The notes under the pieces: generated by a model
What the model was told of the DNA's origin: nothing
The model's input: only the letters and a program-made list of their open reading frames with translations
Databases searched by the model: none
Shown here: positions 8,470 through 20,159 of the stretch, in pieces
How positions within the stretch are numbered: the first letter of the stretch is position 1
Layout: each line of letters starts with the position of its first letter
Assembly (NCBI GenBank): GCA_963719225.1
Contig: CAVRAY010000001.1
Coordinates: 1,856,001-1,920,000, forward strand
Source of the DNA: Thermoanaerobaculia bacterium
GTDB taxonomy: Bacteria > Acidobacteriota > Thermoanaerobaculia > UBA5066
Direction of reading: 5' to 3'
DNA: 64,000 bases
Position numbers and translations under genes: made by a program

Positions 8470-10079
8470 GCGAAGTCCTCGTTTCGCAACTCTCCTCGTC
8501 CTCACCGGAGTTCCGGGAGAATGCCGCCCACCACCGGGCCCTCGCCTCCCACCTCCACGACGAGCTCGCCAGGGCTCGGGAAGGCGGCGGAGAGAAGGAG
8601 CGCGCCCGTCACGTCGCGCGCGGAAAGCTTCCCGTCCGGGATCGGCTCGAGCGCCTTCTCGACCCCGGAACCGCCTTCCTCGAGGTCGCGCCTCTGGCGG
8701 GCTGGGGCCTCTACGACGACGCGGCGCCCGGCGCGGGACTCGTGACGGGAGTGGGCCGCGTCTCGGGGCGCGAGGTCGTCGTCGTCGCGAACGACGCGAC
8801 CGTGAAGGGCGGCACCTACTATCCGGTCACCCTGAAGAAGCACCTGAGGGCGCAGGAGATCGCGTTGGAGAACGCTCTTCCCGCGGTCTACCTCGTGGAC
8901 TCCGGCGGCGCCTTCCTGCCCCTGCAGGCCGAGGTATTTCCCGACCGCGATCACTTCGGACGCATCTTCTACAACCAGGCGCGCATGAGCGCGGCCGGCC
9001 TTCCGCAGATCGCGGCGGTGCTCGGCTCGTGCACGGCGGGCGGCGCGTACGTGCCCGCGATGTCGGACGAGACCGTCATCGTGAGGAACCAGGGCACGAT
9101 CTTTCTGGCCGGCCCGCCGCTCGTGAAGGCGGCGACGGGGGAGGACGTGACGGCCGAGGAGCTCGGCGGCGGTGACGTGCACACGCGCCTGTCGGGTGTT
9201 GCGGACCATCTCGCCGAGGACGACGCCGACGCGCTCGAGAAGGTACGCGACATCGTCGCCCACCTCGGGCCCGCGCCGGGCACGTCGCCCGGCCGCATCG
9301 CGCCCGAAGAGCCGCGGTATCCGGCGGACGAGCTCTACGGCGTCGTTCCGAGAGACCTCCGAACGCCGTACGACGTGCGCGAGCTGCTCGCGCGGATCCT
9401 CGACGGATCGCGGTTCCACGAATTCAAGCCGCGTTACGGCGCGACGCTCGTCACGGGTTTCGGCCATGTCTCGGGCTTTCCGGTCGCCGTGCTCGCGAAC
9501 AACGGCGTTCTCTTTTCCGAATCGGCGCTGAAGGCGACGCACTTCATCGAGATGGCGTGCCAGCGCGAGGTGCCCCTGGTCTTTTTCCAGAACATCACCG
9601 GCTTCATGGTCGGAAAGGCGTACGAGCAGGGCGGCATCGCGAAGGACGGCGCGAAGATGGTGCATGCGGTCGCGAATGCCGCGGTCCCGAAGTTCACGCT
9701 TCTCGTGGGAGGATCGTTCGGTGCCGGCAACTACGGGATGTGCGGACGCGCCTACCAGCCGCGCTTTCTCTGGACGTGGCCGAACGCCCGGATCAGCGTC
9801 ATGGGAGGCGAGCAGGCCGCGGACGTCCTGGCCACGGTCAAGGACGATCAGCGCGTGCGGGAGGGACAGCCGAAGATGACCGACGAGGAGCGCAGCGCGT
9901 TCAGGAAGCCCACGCTGGAGAAGTACGAGGTCGAGGGGAATCCCTATTTCGCCACCGGGCGGTTGTGGGACGACGGGATCCTCGATCCGGTCGAGACGCG
10001 CCGCGTCCTGGCTTTGGGCCTTGCGGCCGCCGCGAATGGACCGCGTCGGGAAACGCGCTTCGGCGTGTTCCGGATGTAG
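8466..10079 (+). CDS. liuB: 3-methylcrotonyl-CoA carboxylase beta (carboxyltransferase) subunit
   Basis: [42 protein letters not shown], terminal FGVFRM. Confidence 0.93.
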   Translation: MSEVLVSQLSSSSPEFRENAAHHRALASHLHDELARAREGGGEKERARHVARGKLPVRDRLERLLDPGTAFLEVAPLAGWGLYDDAAPGAGLVTGVGRVSGREVVVVANDATVKGGTYYPVTLKKHLRAQEIALENALPAVYLVDSGGAFLPLQAEVFPDRDHFGRIFYNQARMSAAGLPQIAAVLGSCTAGGAYVPAMSDETVIVRNQGTIFLAGPPLVKAATGEDVTAEELGGGDVHTRLSGVADHLAEDDADALEKVRDIVAHLGPAPGTSPGRIAPEEPRYPADELYGVVPRDLRTPYDVRELLARILDGSRFHEFKPRYGATLVTGFGHVSGFPVAVLANNGVLFSESALKATHFIEMACQREVPLVFFQNITGFMVGKAYEQGGIAKDGAKMVHAVANAAVPKFTLLVGGSFGAGNYGMCGRAYQPRFLWTWPNARISVMGGEQAADVLATVKDDQRVREGQPKMTDEERSAFRKPTLEKYEVEGNPYFATGRLWDDGILDPVETRRVLALGLAAAANGPRRETRFGVFRM

Positions 10080-10081
10080 AC

Positions 10082-10915
10082 ATGAAGCGTGCTTTCCTCC
10101 CGCTGGTTTTCGCGGCCCTGCTGCCGCTCACCTCGCACGCGGAACAGCGCTGCGGCACGGTGGATTCCCTCGAAGTCACCTCGCTGACCCGGACGAACCT
10201 CACGGCGTTTCTGCGCACTTCGTTTCCCAACACGGCCGGGGGCGGCAGGCAGAAATTCGCGGGTGAGATTTCCGTGGCGAATACGCCGGTGCCGATGGCC
10301 CCGACGCTCACGGCGATGGTCCAGCAGGGGCACACGGGGAACGCCGTCGTGCTCCTCGTGGATCTCGAGCTCGCGAAGATTCCCCAGGCTCTTCTGACGC
10401 GCCTCCACCCGCTCGCGCTCGACGTGACGATCGACGGCTCCCTCGCGGGCGAGACCGGAGCGCCGGTGCCGGTCTGCGCGGCCGGCGTCCTCAAGGTCGG
10501 AACGCCGGAGGTTCGCGCGTCGTCTCCCGTGGGCGCATCCCTTGCGGGGTTCTCCGGCGCGCGTTTCACGGGGATGTCTCTCACGGAAGTCGAGGGGCAG
10601 GCCACGGCGACGCTCTTCAACCCGCTCTCGTTTCCTCTTGACGTGAAGGACCTCGTCTACTCGGTATGGGCGGGGGACCGGAAGCTCGCCGAAGGCGAAC
10701 GTCACGGCCTCAGGCTCCACGCGGGCCGCGAGAATGCCGTCGAGCTTCCGATCAGCGCTCCGAACGCCGACATCCTGGCGGCTCTCGGCGGCGCCATGGC
10801 GAGCGGCGGCCGTGTCGCCGGGAGGCTCGTCGCACGCGTGTCCCTGCGGGTCGGCAAAGATCAGATACTCACGGTTCCCCTCGACCTTCCCGGGTCGATA
10901 CAGGTGATGCGATGA
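10082..10915 (+). CDS. Secreted LEA type-2/WHy-like domain protein
   Basis: Signal peptide MKRAFLPLVFAALLPL; NPLSFPLDVKDLVYSV..G..LAEG pattern typical of LEA_2. Confidence 0.6.
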   Translation: MKRAFLPLVFAALLPLTSHAEQRCGTVDSLEVTSLTRTNLTAFLRTSFPNTAGGGRQKFAGEISVANTPVPMAPTLTAMVQQGHTGNAVVLLVDLELAKIPQALLTRLHPLALDVTIDGSLAGETGAPVPVCAAGVLKVGTPEVRASSPVGASLAGFSGARFTGMSLTEVEGQATATLFNPLSFPLDVKDLVYSVWAGDRKLAEGERHGLRLHAGRENAVELPISAPNADILAALGGAMASGGRVAGRLVARVSLRVGKDQILTVPLDLPGSIQVMR

Positions 10916-11721
10916 GCGAGTCCGGCGTCCTTCTCGAGCGCGCGTCCGATCCGCGGATCGCGCGCCTGATCCTCAATCGACCGGCCCGCCGGAACGCGTT
11001 CGACGGCGAGCTCGTGGCCCTCCTGCAGCGCGCGGTGCGCGAGCTGGCGTCCGACGCGACGACCCGCGTCATCGAGCTTTCGGGCGCGGGCAAGACGTTT
11101 TGCGCCGGCGCCGACATCGAATGGATGAAGAAAGTCGCGGGATTCACGATGCAGGAGAATCTCCGCGATTCCGCCGAGCTCGCATCGCTCTTTCGCGCGT
11201 TCGACGAGCTGGCGAAGCCGGTCGTGGCGCGCGTCCAGGGCGCGGCGCTGGGAGGAGGGACCGGGCTCGTGGCCGTGTGCGACGTCGTCGTGGCCGCCGA
11301 AAACGCGATCTTCGGCACGACCGAAGTGAGACTCGGGGTCATTCCCGCCGTCATCTCGCCCTACCTCGTGCACAAGGTGGGGGAGTCGCGCGCGCGGGCG
11401 TGGTTCGTCACGGGAGAGCGCGTCTCGGCGGAAGAGGCCCGCGAGGCCGGTCTCGTGCACCGCGTCGTCCCGGAGAAGGATCTCGGCGCGGCGGCGCGAA
11501 TGGTGCTCGACGCCATTCTGCTGGGAGGTCCGGAAGCCGTTGCCGAGGCCAAGCACCTTGCCCACGCCGTCGCGGCGATGCCGCTGCGCGACGCCACGAA
11601 CATGGCGATCCAGCGCCTGGGCGAGCGGCGCGCCTCGGCCGAGGGGCGCGAGGGGCTCGCGGCTTTCGTGGAGAAGCGCAAGCCGTCCTGGGCTGCAGAG
11701 CCGGCCGCGAAGAAGCCGTGA
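10912..11721 (+). CDS. liuC: Enoyl-CoA hydratase (probable methylglutaconyl-CoA hydratase)
   Basis: LNRPARRNAF, FCAGAD, ALGGGTGL, EVRLGVIPAVISPY; operon context. Confidence 0.88.
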   Translation: MSESGVLLERASDPRIARLILNRPARRNAFDGELVALLQRAVRELASDATTRVIELSGAGKTFCAGADIEWMKKVAGFTMQENLRDSAELASLFRAFDELAKPVVARVQGAALGGGTGLVAVCDVVVAAENAIFGTTEVRLGVIPAVISPYLVHKVGESRARAWFVTGERVSAEEAREAGLVHRVVPEKDLGAAARMVLDAILLGGPEAVAEAKHLAHAVAAMPLRDATNMAIQRLGERRASAEGREGLAAFVEKRKPSWAAEPAAKKP

Positions 11722-11728
11722 CACCTCC

Positions 11729-13336
11729 TTGACGAAGCCCCGGCAGCTCGGCCGCGTGCTCGTCGCGAACCGCGGCGAGATCGCCGTGCGCGTGATCCGC
11801 GCCTGCCGGGCTGCGGGCCTGCCCGCGGTCGCGGTTTTCTCCGACGCGGATCGCGGCGCGCGCCACGTCGCGCTCGCGGATGCGGCGGTGCACGTCGGTC
11901 CCGCGCCCGCGCGGGAATCGTACCTTTCGATTCCGCGCCTCCTCGCCGCCGCCCGCGAGGCGGGCTGCGGCGCCGTGCATCCCGGCTACGGATTCCTCTC
12001 GGAGAACGCGGATTTCGGGCGTGCGGTCGAGGAGGCCGGGCTGATCTGGATCGGCCCGCCGCCCGCGGCGATGGAGGCGATGGGATCGAAGATTTCTGCG
12101 AGAGAAAGAATGAGGGCGGCTGGAGTTCCGGTGGTTCCGGGCGCGCTCATCGAGATGTTCGAAGAGAACGAAGAGAACGAAGAGAAAGAGAAGAAGAAGA
12201 TTTCTTTGAATGGTGAAGAGGCTGGGGACAGGGCCGGCGCGCGTCGAGCGGCGCCGCCGCGCCCCGCAACCTCTGGCACCCTCGAAGAAATCCCCTCTTC
12301 CGTTCTCTCCCTCGGTTTCCCGGTCGTCGTCAAAGCGTCCGCGGGAGGCGGCGGGAAGGGCATGCGTATCGTTCGCGACGCCTCTTCTCTTTCCGAAGCA
12401 ATATCTTCCTGCCGGCGCGAAGCGCTCGCCGCGTTCGGCGATGCGACGGTCTACGTGGAAAAGTACCTGCCTGCTCCCCGCCACATCGAAGTGCAGATCT
12501 TCGGCGACACGTTCGGGAACGTCGTCGCGCTCGGCGAGCGTGAGTGCTCGCTCCAGAGGCGGCACCAGAAGGTGATCGAGGAATGTCCGTCGCCGGCCGT
12601 GACGCCGGAGCTGCGCGCCCGCCTTCAGAAGGTCGCCTGCGACGCCGCGCGCGCGGTGGGCTATGTGAACGCGGGGACGGTCGAGTTCCTGCTCGAGCCC
12701 TCCGGCACGTTCTATTTCCTCGAGATGAACTCGCGCCTTCAGGTGGAGCATCCGGTCACGGAAGAGGCTTTCGGCGTGGACCTCGTGGCGTTGCAGCTAC
12801 GGATCGCGGCGGGCGAGAAGCTGCCCGAGCTTCCCTCCGCTCCCGCGGCGCATGCGATCGAGGCGCGCGTCTACGCGGAGGATCCCGACGCGGGATTCCT
12901 TCCGCAGGCGGGTCGTCTCCTGACCTGGATCGAGCCCTCGGGCCCGGGCGTGCGCGTGGACTCCGGCGTGGCGGCCGGCCAGCTGGTGGACATTCACTAC
13001 GACCCGCTCCTCGCCAAGATCGTCGCGAAGGGGAAGGACCGCGAAGAAGCGCGTACCCGGCTCGTCGCCGCGCTCCGCGAAACGGTCGCCCTCGGCGTGA
13101 CGACCAACCTCTCGTGGCTCGTGCGCCTGCTCGAGGCCGCTCCGGTCGTCCGCGGCGAGCTCCACACGGCCCTCGTCGAGTCGCTCGCGCTTCCCGCCCC
13201 CGGGCCTCCCCCGGACGAGGTCTTCGAGGTCGCTTCGGCGCTTCTCACGCGCGCCGCGCCCGAGGCGGGAGGACTCTCCGCGCGCCACGCGTTTCCGAGC
13301 CCGTTCGAAGAGCGGTTTCGGATGGGCGGCGCGTGA
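11729..13336 (+). CDS. Biotin carboxylase subunit of methylcrotonyl-CoA carboxylase, with low-complexity insertion
   Basis: VLVANRGEIA, HPGYGFLSEN, GGGGKGMR, ERECSLQRRHQK, EMNSRLQVEHPVTE; TTG start inferred. Confidence 0.92.
   Translation: MTKPRQLGRVLVANRGEIAVRVIRACRAAGLPAVAVFSDADRGARHVALADAAVHVGPAPARESYLSIPRLLAAAREAGCGAVHPGYGFLSENADFGRAVEEAGLIWIGPPPAAMEAMGSKISARERMRAAGVPVVPGALIEMFEENEENEEKEKKKISLNGEEAGDRAGARRAAPPRPATSGTLEEIPSSVLSLGFPVVVKASAGGGGKGMRIVRDASSLSEAISSCRREALAAFGDATVYVEKYLPAPRHIEVQIFGDTFGNVVALGERECSLQRRHQKVIEECPSPAVTPELRARLQKVACDAARAVGYVNAGTVEFLLEPSGTFYFLEMNSRLQVEHPVTEEAFGVDLVALQLRIAAGEKLPELPSAPAAHAIEARVYAEDPDAGFLPQAGRLLTWIEPSGPGVRVDSGVAAGQLVDIHYDPLLAKIVAKGKDREEARTRLVAALRETVALGVTTNLSWLVRLLEAAPVVRGELHTALVESLALPAPGPPPDEVFEVASALLTRAAPEAGGLSARHAFPSPFEERFRMGGA
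12150..12410. repeat. Motif group inside the biotin carboxylase gene
   Basis: (GAAGAGAAC)n tract then GATTTCTTTGAATGGTGAAGAG (12199-12220, +); reverse variants at ~12277-12310 and ~12383-12410. Confidence 0.7.
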
Positions 13337-13713
13337 GGCTTCGCGACCTGCGCACGGGAGAGGAGCGCGAGGCGGCGCCGGGCGTTTCTCCGGGAGCGGT
13401 GGCGATGCGGGACGGCGACGTTGCCTGGGTCTGGCTTCGGGGCGAGACGTATCGCCTCTCGGCGGCGCGTTCGAGACGCCCGGCGCGCGGCGGGGAGGAG
13501 ACGCCCTCGCTCGAGGCGCCGATGCCGGGCCGGATCGCGACGGTGCGGGCCGCCTCGGGCGCCTCCGTCTCCAAAGGAGACGTCCTCGTCGTCGTCGAAG
13601 CGATGAAGATGGAGCACGCGGTGCGCGCTCCGAGAGACGGCGTCGTGGACAGAGTCCTCGTTTCCGAGGGGCAGATGGTCGGCCTCGGCGACGTCCTCGT
13701 GGAGATGACGTGA
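13333..13713 (+). CDS. Biotin carboxyl carrier protein
   Basis: APMPG and EAMKME biotinylation motif; GTGA overlap with the upstream gene. Confidence 0.9.
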   Translation: MRLRDLRTGEEREAAPGVSPGAVAMRDGDVAWVWLRGETYRLSAARSRRPARGGEETPSLEAPMPGRIATVRAASGASVSKGDVLVVVEAMKMEHAVRAPRDGVVDRVLVSEGQMVGLGDVLVEMT

Positions 13714-14627
13714 ACGCGACCCGTGTCACGGTCGTCGAGGTCGGCCCGCGCGACGGCCTCCAGAACGAGTCGATGGACGTCCCGACCGACGTGAAGGTCG
13801 CGTTCGTGGATGCGCTCTCGGCCGCGGGGCTTCCGGTCGTCGAGGCGACGGCCTTCGTCTCTCCGAGGGCGATCCCCCAGCTCGCCGATGGCGAGGAGGT
13901 CTTCCGGCGGATCGTGAAGCGCCCGGGAGTGCGCTACCCGGTTCTCGTTCCGAACGAGAAGGGACTGGACCGCGCCGAGGCGGCGGGCGCTCGCGAGATC
14001 GCCGTCTTCACGGCGGCGTCGGAGACGTTCAACCGAAAGAACATCAACGCTTCGATCGACGAGTCCTTCGCGCGCTTTTCGCCGGTAATCCGGCGTGCGC
14101 GCGATGCAGGGATGCGCGTGCGCGGATACGTGTCGTGCGCCTTCGGCTGTCCGTACGAGGGCGCGATTCCGCCCGCCGCTCCCGCCCGGGTCGCGCGCAG
14201 GCTGCTCGACGCGGGGTGCGACGAGGTTTCGATCGGCGACACGATCGGCGTCGGTGTTCCGACCCAGGTGCCGGAGGTCGTCGGACACTGCGTGGACGCG
14301 GGCCTGCCGCTCGCGCGTCTGGCGCTCCACTTCCACGACACGCGCGGAACCGCGCTCGCGAACGTCGCCGAAGGCCTGAGACAGGGCGTGCGGATCTTCG
14401 ATTCCTCCGCGGGCGGGCTGGGCGGGTGCCCCTATGCGCCCGGGGCGGCGGGAAACGTCGCCACGGAGGACGTCCTTTATCTTCTCCATGGCATGGGATA
14501 CGAGACGGGCGCGGACCTCACCCTCGTGGCGGCCGCCACGCGCGGCCTGTCCGCCGCGATCGCGCGCCGCCCGGCGTCGCGCGTCTATCAGGCTCTCGAG
14601 TCGGCCCACGGGCCTCGGCCGGTGTAA
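13710..14627 (+). CDS. liuE: Hydroxymethylglutaryl-CoA lyase
   Basis: EVGPRDGLQNE, HFHDTRG, GLGGCPYAPGAAGNVATED. Confidence 0.95.
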   Translation: MNATRVTVVEVGPRDGLQNESMDVPTDVKVAFVDALSAAGLPVVEATAFVSPRAIPQLADGEEVFRRIVKRPGVRYPVLVPNEKGLDRAEAAGAREIAVFTAASETFNRKNINASIDESFARFSPVIRRARDAGMRVRGYVSCAFGCPYEGAIPPAAPARVARRLLDAGCDEVSIGDTIGVGVPTQVPEVVGHCVDAGLPLARLALHFHDTRGTALANVAEGLRQGVRIFDSSAGGLGGCPYAPGAAGNVATEDVLYLLHGMGYETGADLTLVAAATRGLSAAIARRPASRVYQALESAHGPRPV

Positions 14628-14661
14628 ACTCGGTCGACACCGACCCCTGCGAGGAGATCGA

Positions 14662-15852
14662 ATGCCGCATCGGATTCTCTTGGCGGACGACAGTCTGACC
14701 ATACAGAAGGTCATCGAATTGACTTTCTCGGGTACGGACTTCGAGCTCAAGGCGGTCGGCAACGGGGACCTCGCGGTACCGCTCCTCGATTCCTTCTCGC
14801 CGGACATCGTCCTCGCGGATTGCGTCATGCCGGGAAGGAGCGGGTACGAGCTCTGTGAAGAGGTCAAGCGGCGTGCCGGCGGCCGTTTCGTGCCCGTGGT
14901 CCTGCTCACGGGAACCTTTGAGCCCTTCGACAAGCCGCGCGCCGAGCAGTCCGGCGCCGATTCGGTCGTGACGAAGCCGTTCGACTCGCAGAGCCTCGCT
15001 TCCCTCGTGCGCGAACTCGTGAACAAGGCCGCCGAAGCGAGGGCCGCCGCGCCTCCCGAGCCGCCCCCGGAGCCCGAGCCGCCTCCTCTCCCGGAGCCGC
15101 CGCCGGTCCCGGAATTCGAGCCTCCCCCTTCCCTCGAGGAGGAACGCGCGGAATCCACGGATCCCACTCTCGGGCGGCAGCCCTTCCACACCGTTCCGCT
15201 GTCGGCAATGCCGCCACCGCCGCCACCGCCTCCCGAACAGGACTTCTACGCCACGTCGGCGATTCCGGTCTTTCGGGAGCCCGAGGTCGAGGCCTCCCAG
15301 CCCGATTCCGAAGCCGAGGCTGGGCCGGCCGATGAGCGCACCGAAGTGCTCCCCCCCGTGCCGGAAGCCAGATCGGCCGCGTACGAAGCCAATGAAAGCA
15401 CGGAACGGCTCCCTCCCGTGCCGGAACCCGGAACGGCAGCCTACGAGATGGATCTCGGCGCTCTCGAAGACGAGCCGCCCCACCGCGACCTCGAGGCGGA
15501 CATCGCCGCGTTCGAGGCGTCCGGACGCAGCGCCACTCGGCCGGAGCTCTGGGACCTGCCCGCGGCGAAAGCCGCGGGCGTCTCGTCACTCGCCGAACCT
15601 GCACCCGGCGAGCTCGAGGCCCTTGCCGCGGAAGCGAGTCTGAGCGACCTCGAGAGCCTCATCCCGAAGGCTACGGCTGCCGCCGCGCCCGCGGTCGGGC
15701 CGCTCACCGACGACGACATCGACCGCATCGCGCGGCGGGTCATCGAGCTCTCCGGCGAACGGATCGTGCGCAAGATCGCGTGGGACGTGGTCCCGGAGCT
15801 CGCCGAGCGCCTCGTGAAAGAACGCCTCGACGAGCTGGACAAAACCGAATAG
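14662..15852 (+). CDS. RomR-like response regulator (receiver, Pro/Glu-rich linker, conserved C-terminal helix)
   Basis: ILLADDSLTIQKVIELTF, D..MP, KPF; C-terminal IVRKIAWDVVPELAERLVKE. Confidence 0.82.
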   Translation: MPHRILLADDSLTIQKVIELTFSGTDFELKAVGNGDLAVPLLDSFSPDIVLADCVMPGRSGYELCEEVKRRAGGRFVPVVLLTGTFEPFDKPRAEQSGADSVVTKPFDSQSLASLVRELVNKAAEARAAAPPEPPPEPEPPPLPEPPPVPEFEPPPSLEEERAESTDPTLGRQPFHTVPLSAMPPPPPPPPEQDFYATSAIPVFREPEVEASQPDSEAEAGPADERTEVLPPVPEARSAAYEANESTERLPPVPEPGTAAYEMDLGALEDEPPHRDLEADIAAFEASGRSATRPELWDLPAAKAAGVSSLAEPAPGELEALAAEASLSDLESLIPKATAAAAPAVGPLTDDDIDRIARRVIELSGERIVRKIAWDVVPELAERLVKERLDELDKTE

Positions 15853-15908
15853 GGATTTCGGGTCTCTTCCCCTGACCCGCGCCCTCGTGCGATCCTGCGC
15901 CCTCGTCG

Positions 15909-18577
<2,669 letters not shown>

Positions 18578-18581
<4 letters not shown>

Positions 18582-19363
18582 GCGGCGTCACCGACCCTCT
18601 CGAAGGCCGGTCGTTTTCGCACATCGAGAACGTCATCTATCTCCCGTCGACGTCGTCCACGAACGACGTGGCCAAGGCGATCGTGGAAAAGATGCTCGCC
18701 GAAAGCGAGGAAATCCGGCCCACGATCATCGTGACCGGAGAGCAGACGGCGGGGCACGGGCGGCTGGGACGAAGCTGGACCCCTTTGCCGGGTGCCCTCG
18801 CGGTCTCCGTCATCGTGCCGTGGCCGGAAGGCGCCGAGCGCGTCCGCCTGCCGGTGCGCGCCGGGATCGCCCTCGCGCGGGGGCTCTCCAAGGCCTTCTC
18901 CCTCGACGTGCGACTGAAGTGGCCGAACGATCTCCTCGTGGGCCGGAAGAAGCTCGGGGGCATCCTCGTCGAGGCGCGCGCGAACGACGAAGGGGAGGGA
19001 TGGGCGATCGTCGGCGTCGGGATCAACGTTCTCGGCACGCGAAAGGGCCTCGATTCGAGGGGATTGAAAGACGCGACGTCCCTCGAGGACGCCGGAGTGC
19101 CGGGGGCAAAGCTCGCCGGTGTGGCCCCCCTCTCGGCGCTCCTCGACATCCTCGACGCTCCCCTCGGCGAGGCGGGAAAGGACCCGTTGCCGGAAGCGTT
19201 CGCAGCCGTGTCGGCTCACGCGCCGGGCGACGCGATCAACGTGATGGACGCGGGGCGCTCCGTGTCCGGCGTGTTTCGCGGCGTGAACGCCGACGGAGCC
19301 TTGCGACTCTCGACCGGCCGCGGCGAGGAGACGATCGTTTCGGGCGACGTCGTCCTCTTCTAG
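18578..19363 (+). CDS. birA: Biotin--protein ligase
   Basis: STND, QTAGHGRLGRSW, KWPND, KLGGIL. Confidence 0.93.
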
Positions 19364-19376
19364 GGCCGTCTGGCCG

Positions 19377-20159
19377 GTGAGCGAAATCGAAGCGGCGGGC
19401 ACCCCGTCCCCGGCCGACTCCGGCCTCGACGAGGCGGGATACGCGACGAGGATCGAGGACGCGTTCATCGCCGAGCGCGGCACGCCGTTCCTCGTTTCGG
19501 CGAAAGACTGGAGTCTGATTCGCGGCTGGCGGGAAGCGGGGGTCCCCGTCGACACCGTCGTCCGGGCCGTGCGCGAGACCTTCGAAAAGCGCCGCGCGCG
19601 CGGCCAGGTCGGGAAGATCTCCTCGCTCGCCTACTGTGCGGACGCGGTCGCCGAACGGTGGGAGATGGAACGCCGCGGCCTCGTCGGCAAGGACGATCGG
19701 GCCCCCGCGGCCGCGGACGCGGCCGCGATCGGCGAAGAGCTCGCGAAGCTCGCCGCCGCGCTTCGCGCGACGGGAGAAGAGGGGAAGAAAGATTTGCTTC
19801 GGAAAGGGAGAGAGGGGGAACCGGGCGCTACGAGCGGTGGCGAAGCACCGGGATTCGATCTGGAAGTTCTTAGAAGGGGGTTGGATCGAGCGGCGGCCCA
19901 GATCGAGGAGGTCTCGGCTGATCTTCCCTTCGAAGAAATCGAGCACAAGCTTTCGTCTATCGAGTCCTCTCTCGTGCGAGCGGGTCTGAAAGCAATGAAT
20001 TCGTTTTCTAAGTCTCTGGTCGAGGCGCGCGTGAACGAGGCTTTGGGCAATGTCGCTGGCCTCGCGCCCCACGTCGTCGAGCGCATGCGCAAGGCGCTCA
20101 CGCGCCGCGAGGTGCGGTCCCTTGCCGGCTTCCCCCCGCTGACGCTCCTCCATGGCTGA
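19377..20159 (+). CDS. Hypothetical protein with weak DnaD-like helical motif
   Basis: In-operon ORF overlapping rlmD; SAKDWSLIRGW..GVP, ISSLAYC..AV. Confidence 0.7.
   Translation: MSEIEAAGTPSPADSGLDEAGYATRIEDAFIAERGTPFLVSAKDWSLIRGWREAGVPVDTVVRAVRETFEKRRARGQVGKISSLAYCADAVAERWEMERRGLVGKDDRAPAAADAAAIGEELAKLAAALRATGEEGKKDLLRKGREGEPGATSGGEAPGFDLEVLRRGLDRAAAQIEEVSADLPFEEIEHKLSSIESSLVRAGLKAMNSFSKSLVEARVNEALGNVAGLAPHVVERMRKALTRREVRSLAGFPPLTLLHG
19783..20016. repeat. Motif group (two + copies then two - copies) inside the hypothetical gene
   Basis: GATTTGCTTCGGAAAGGG 19791 (+), GTTCTTAGAAGGGG 19866 (+), CCCTTCGAAGAAATC 19926 (-), TTTTCTAAG 20004 (-). Confidence 0.7.

Noticed and set aside
15346-15450. 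Short imperfect direct repeat in the RomR-like linker (LPPVPE..AAYE twice)
   Set aside because: Ordinary low-complexity linker duplication.
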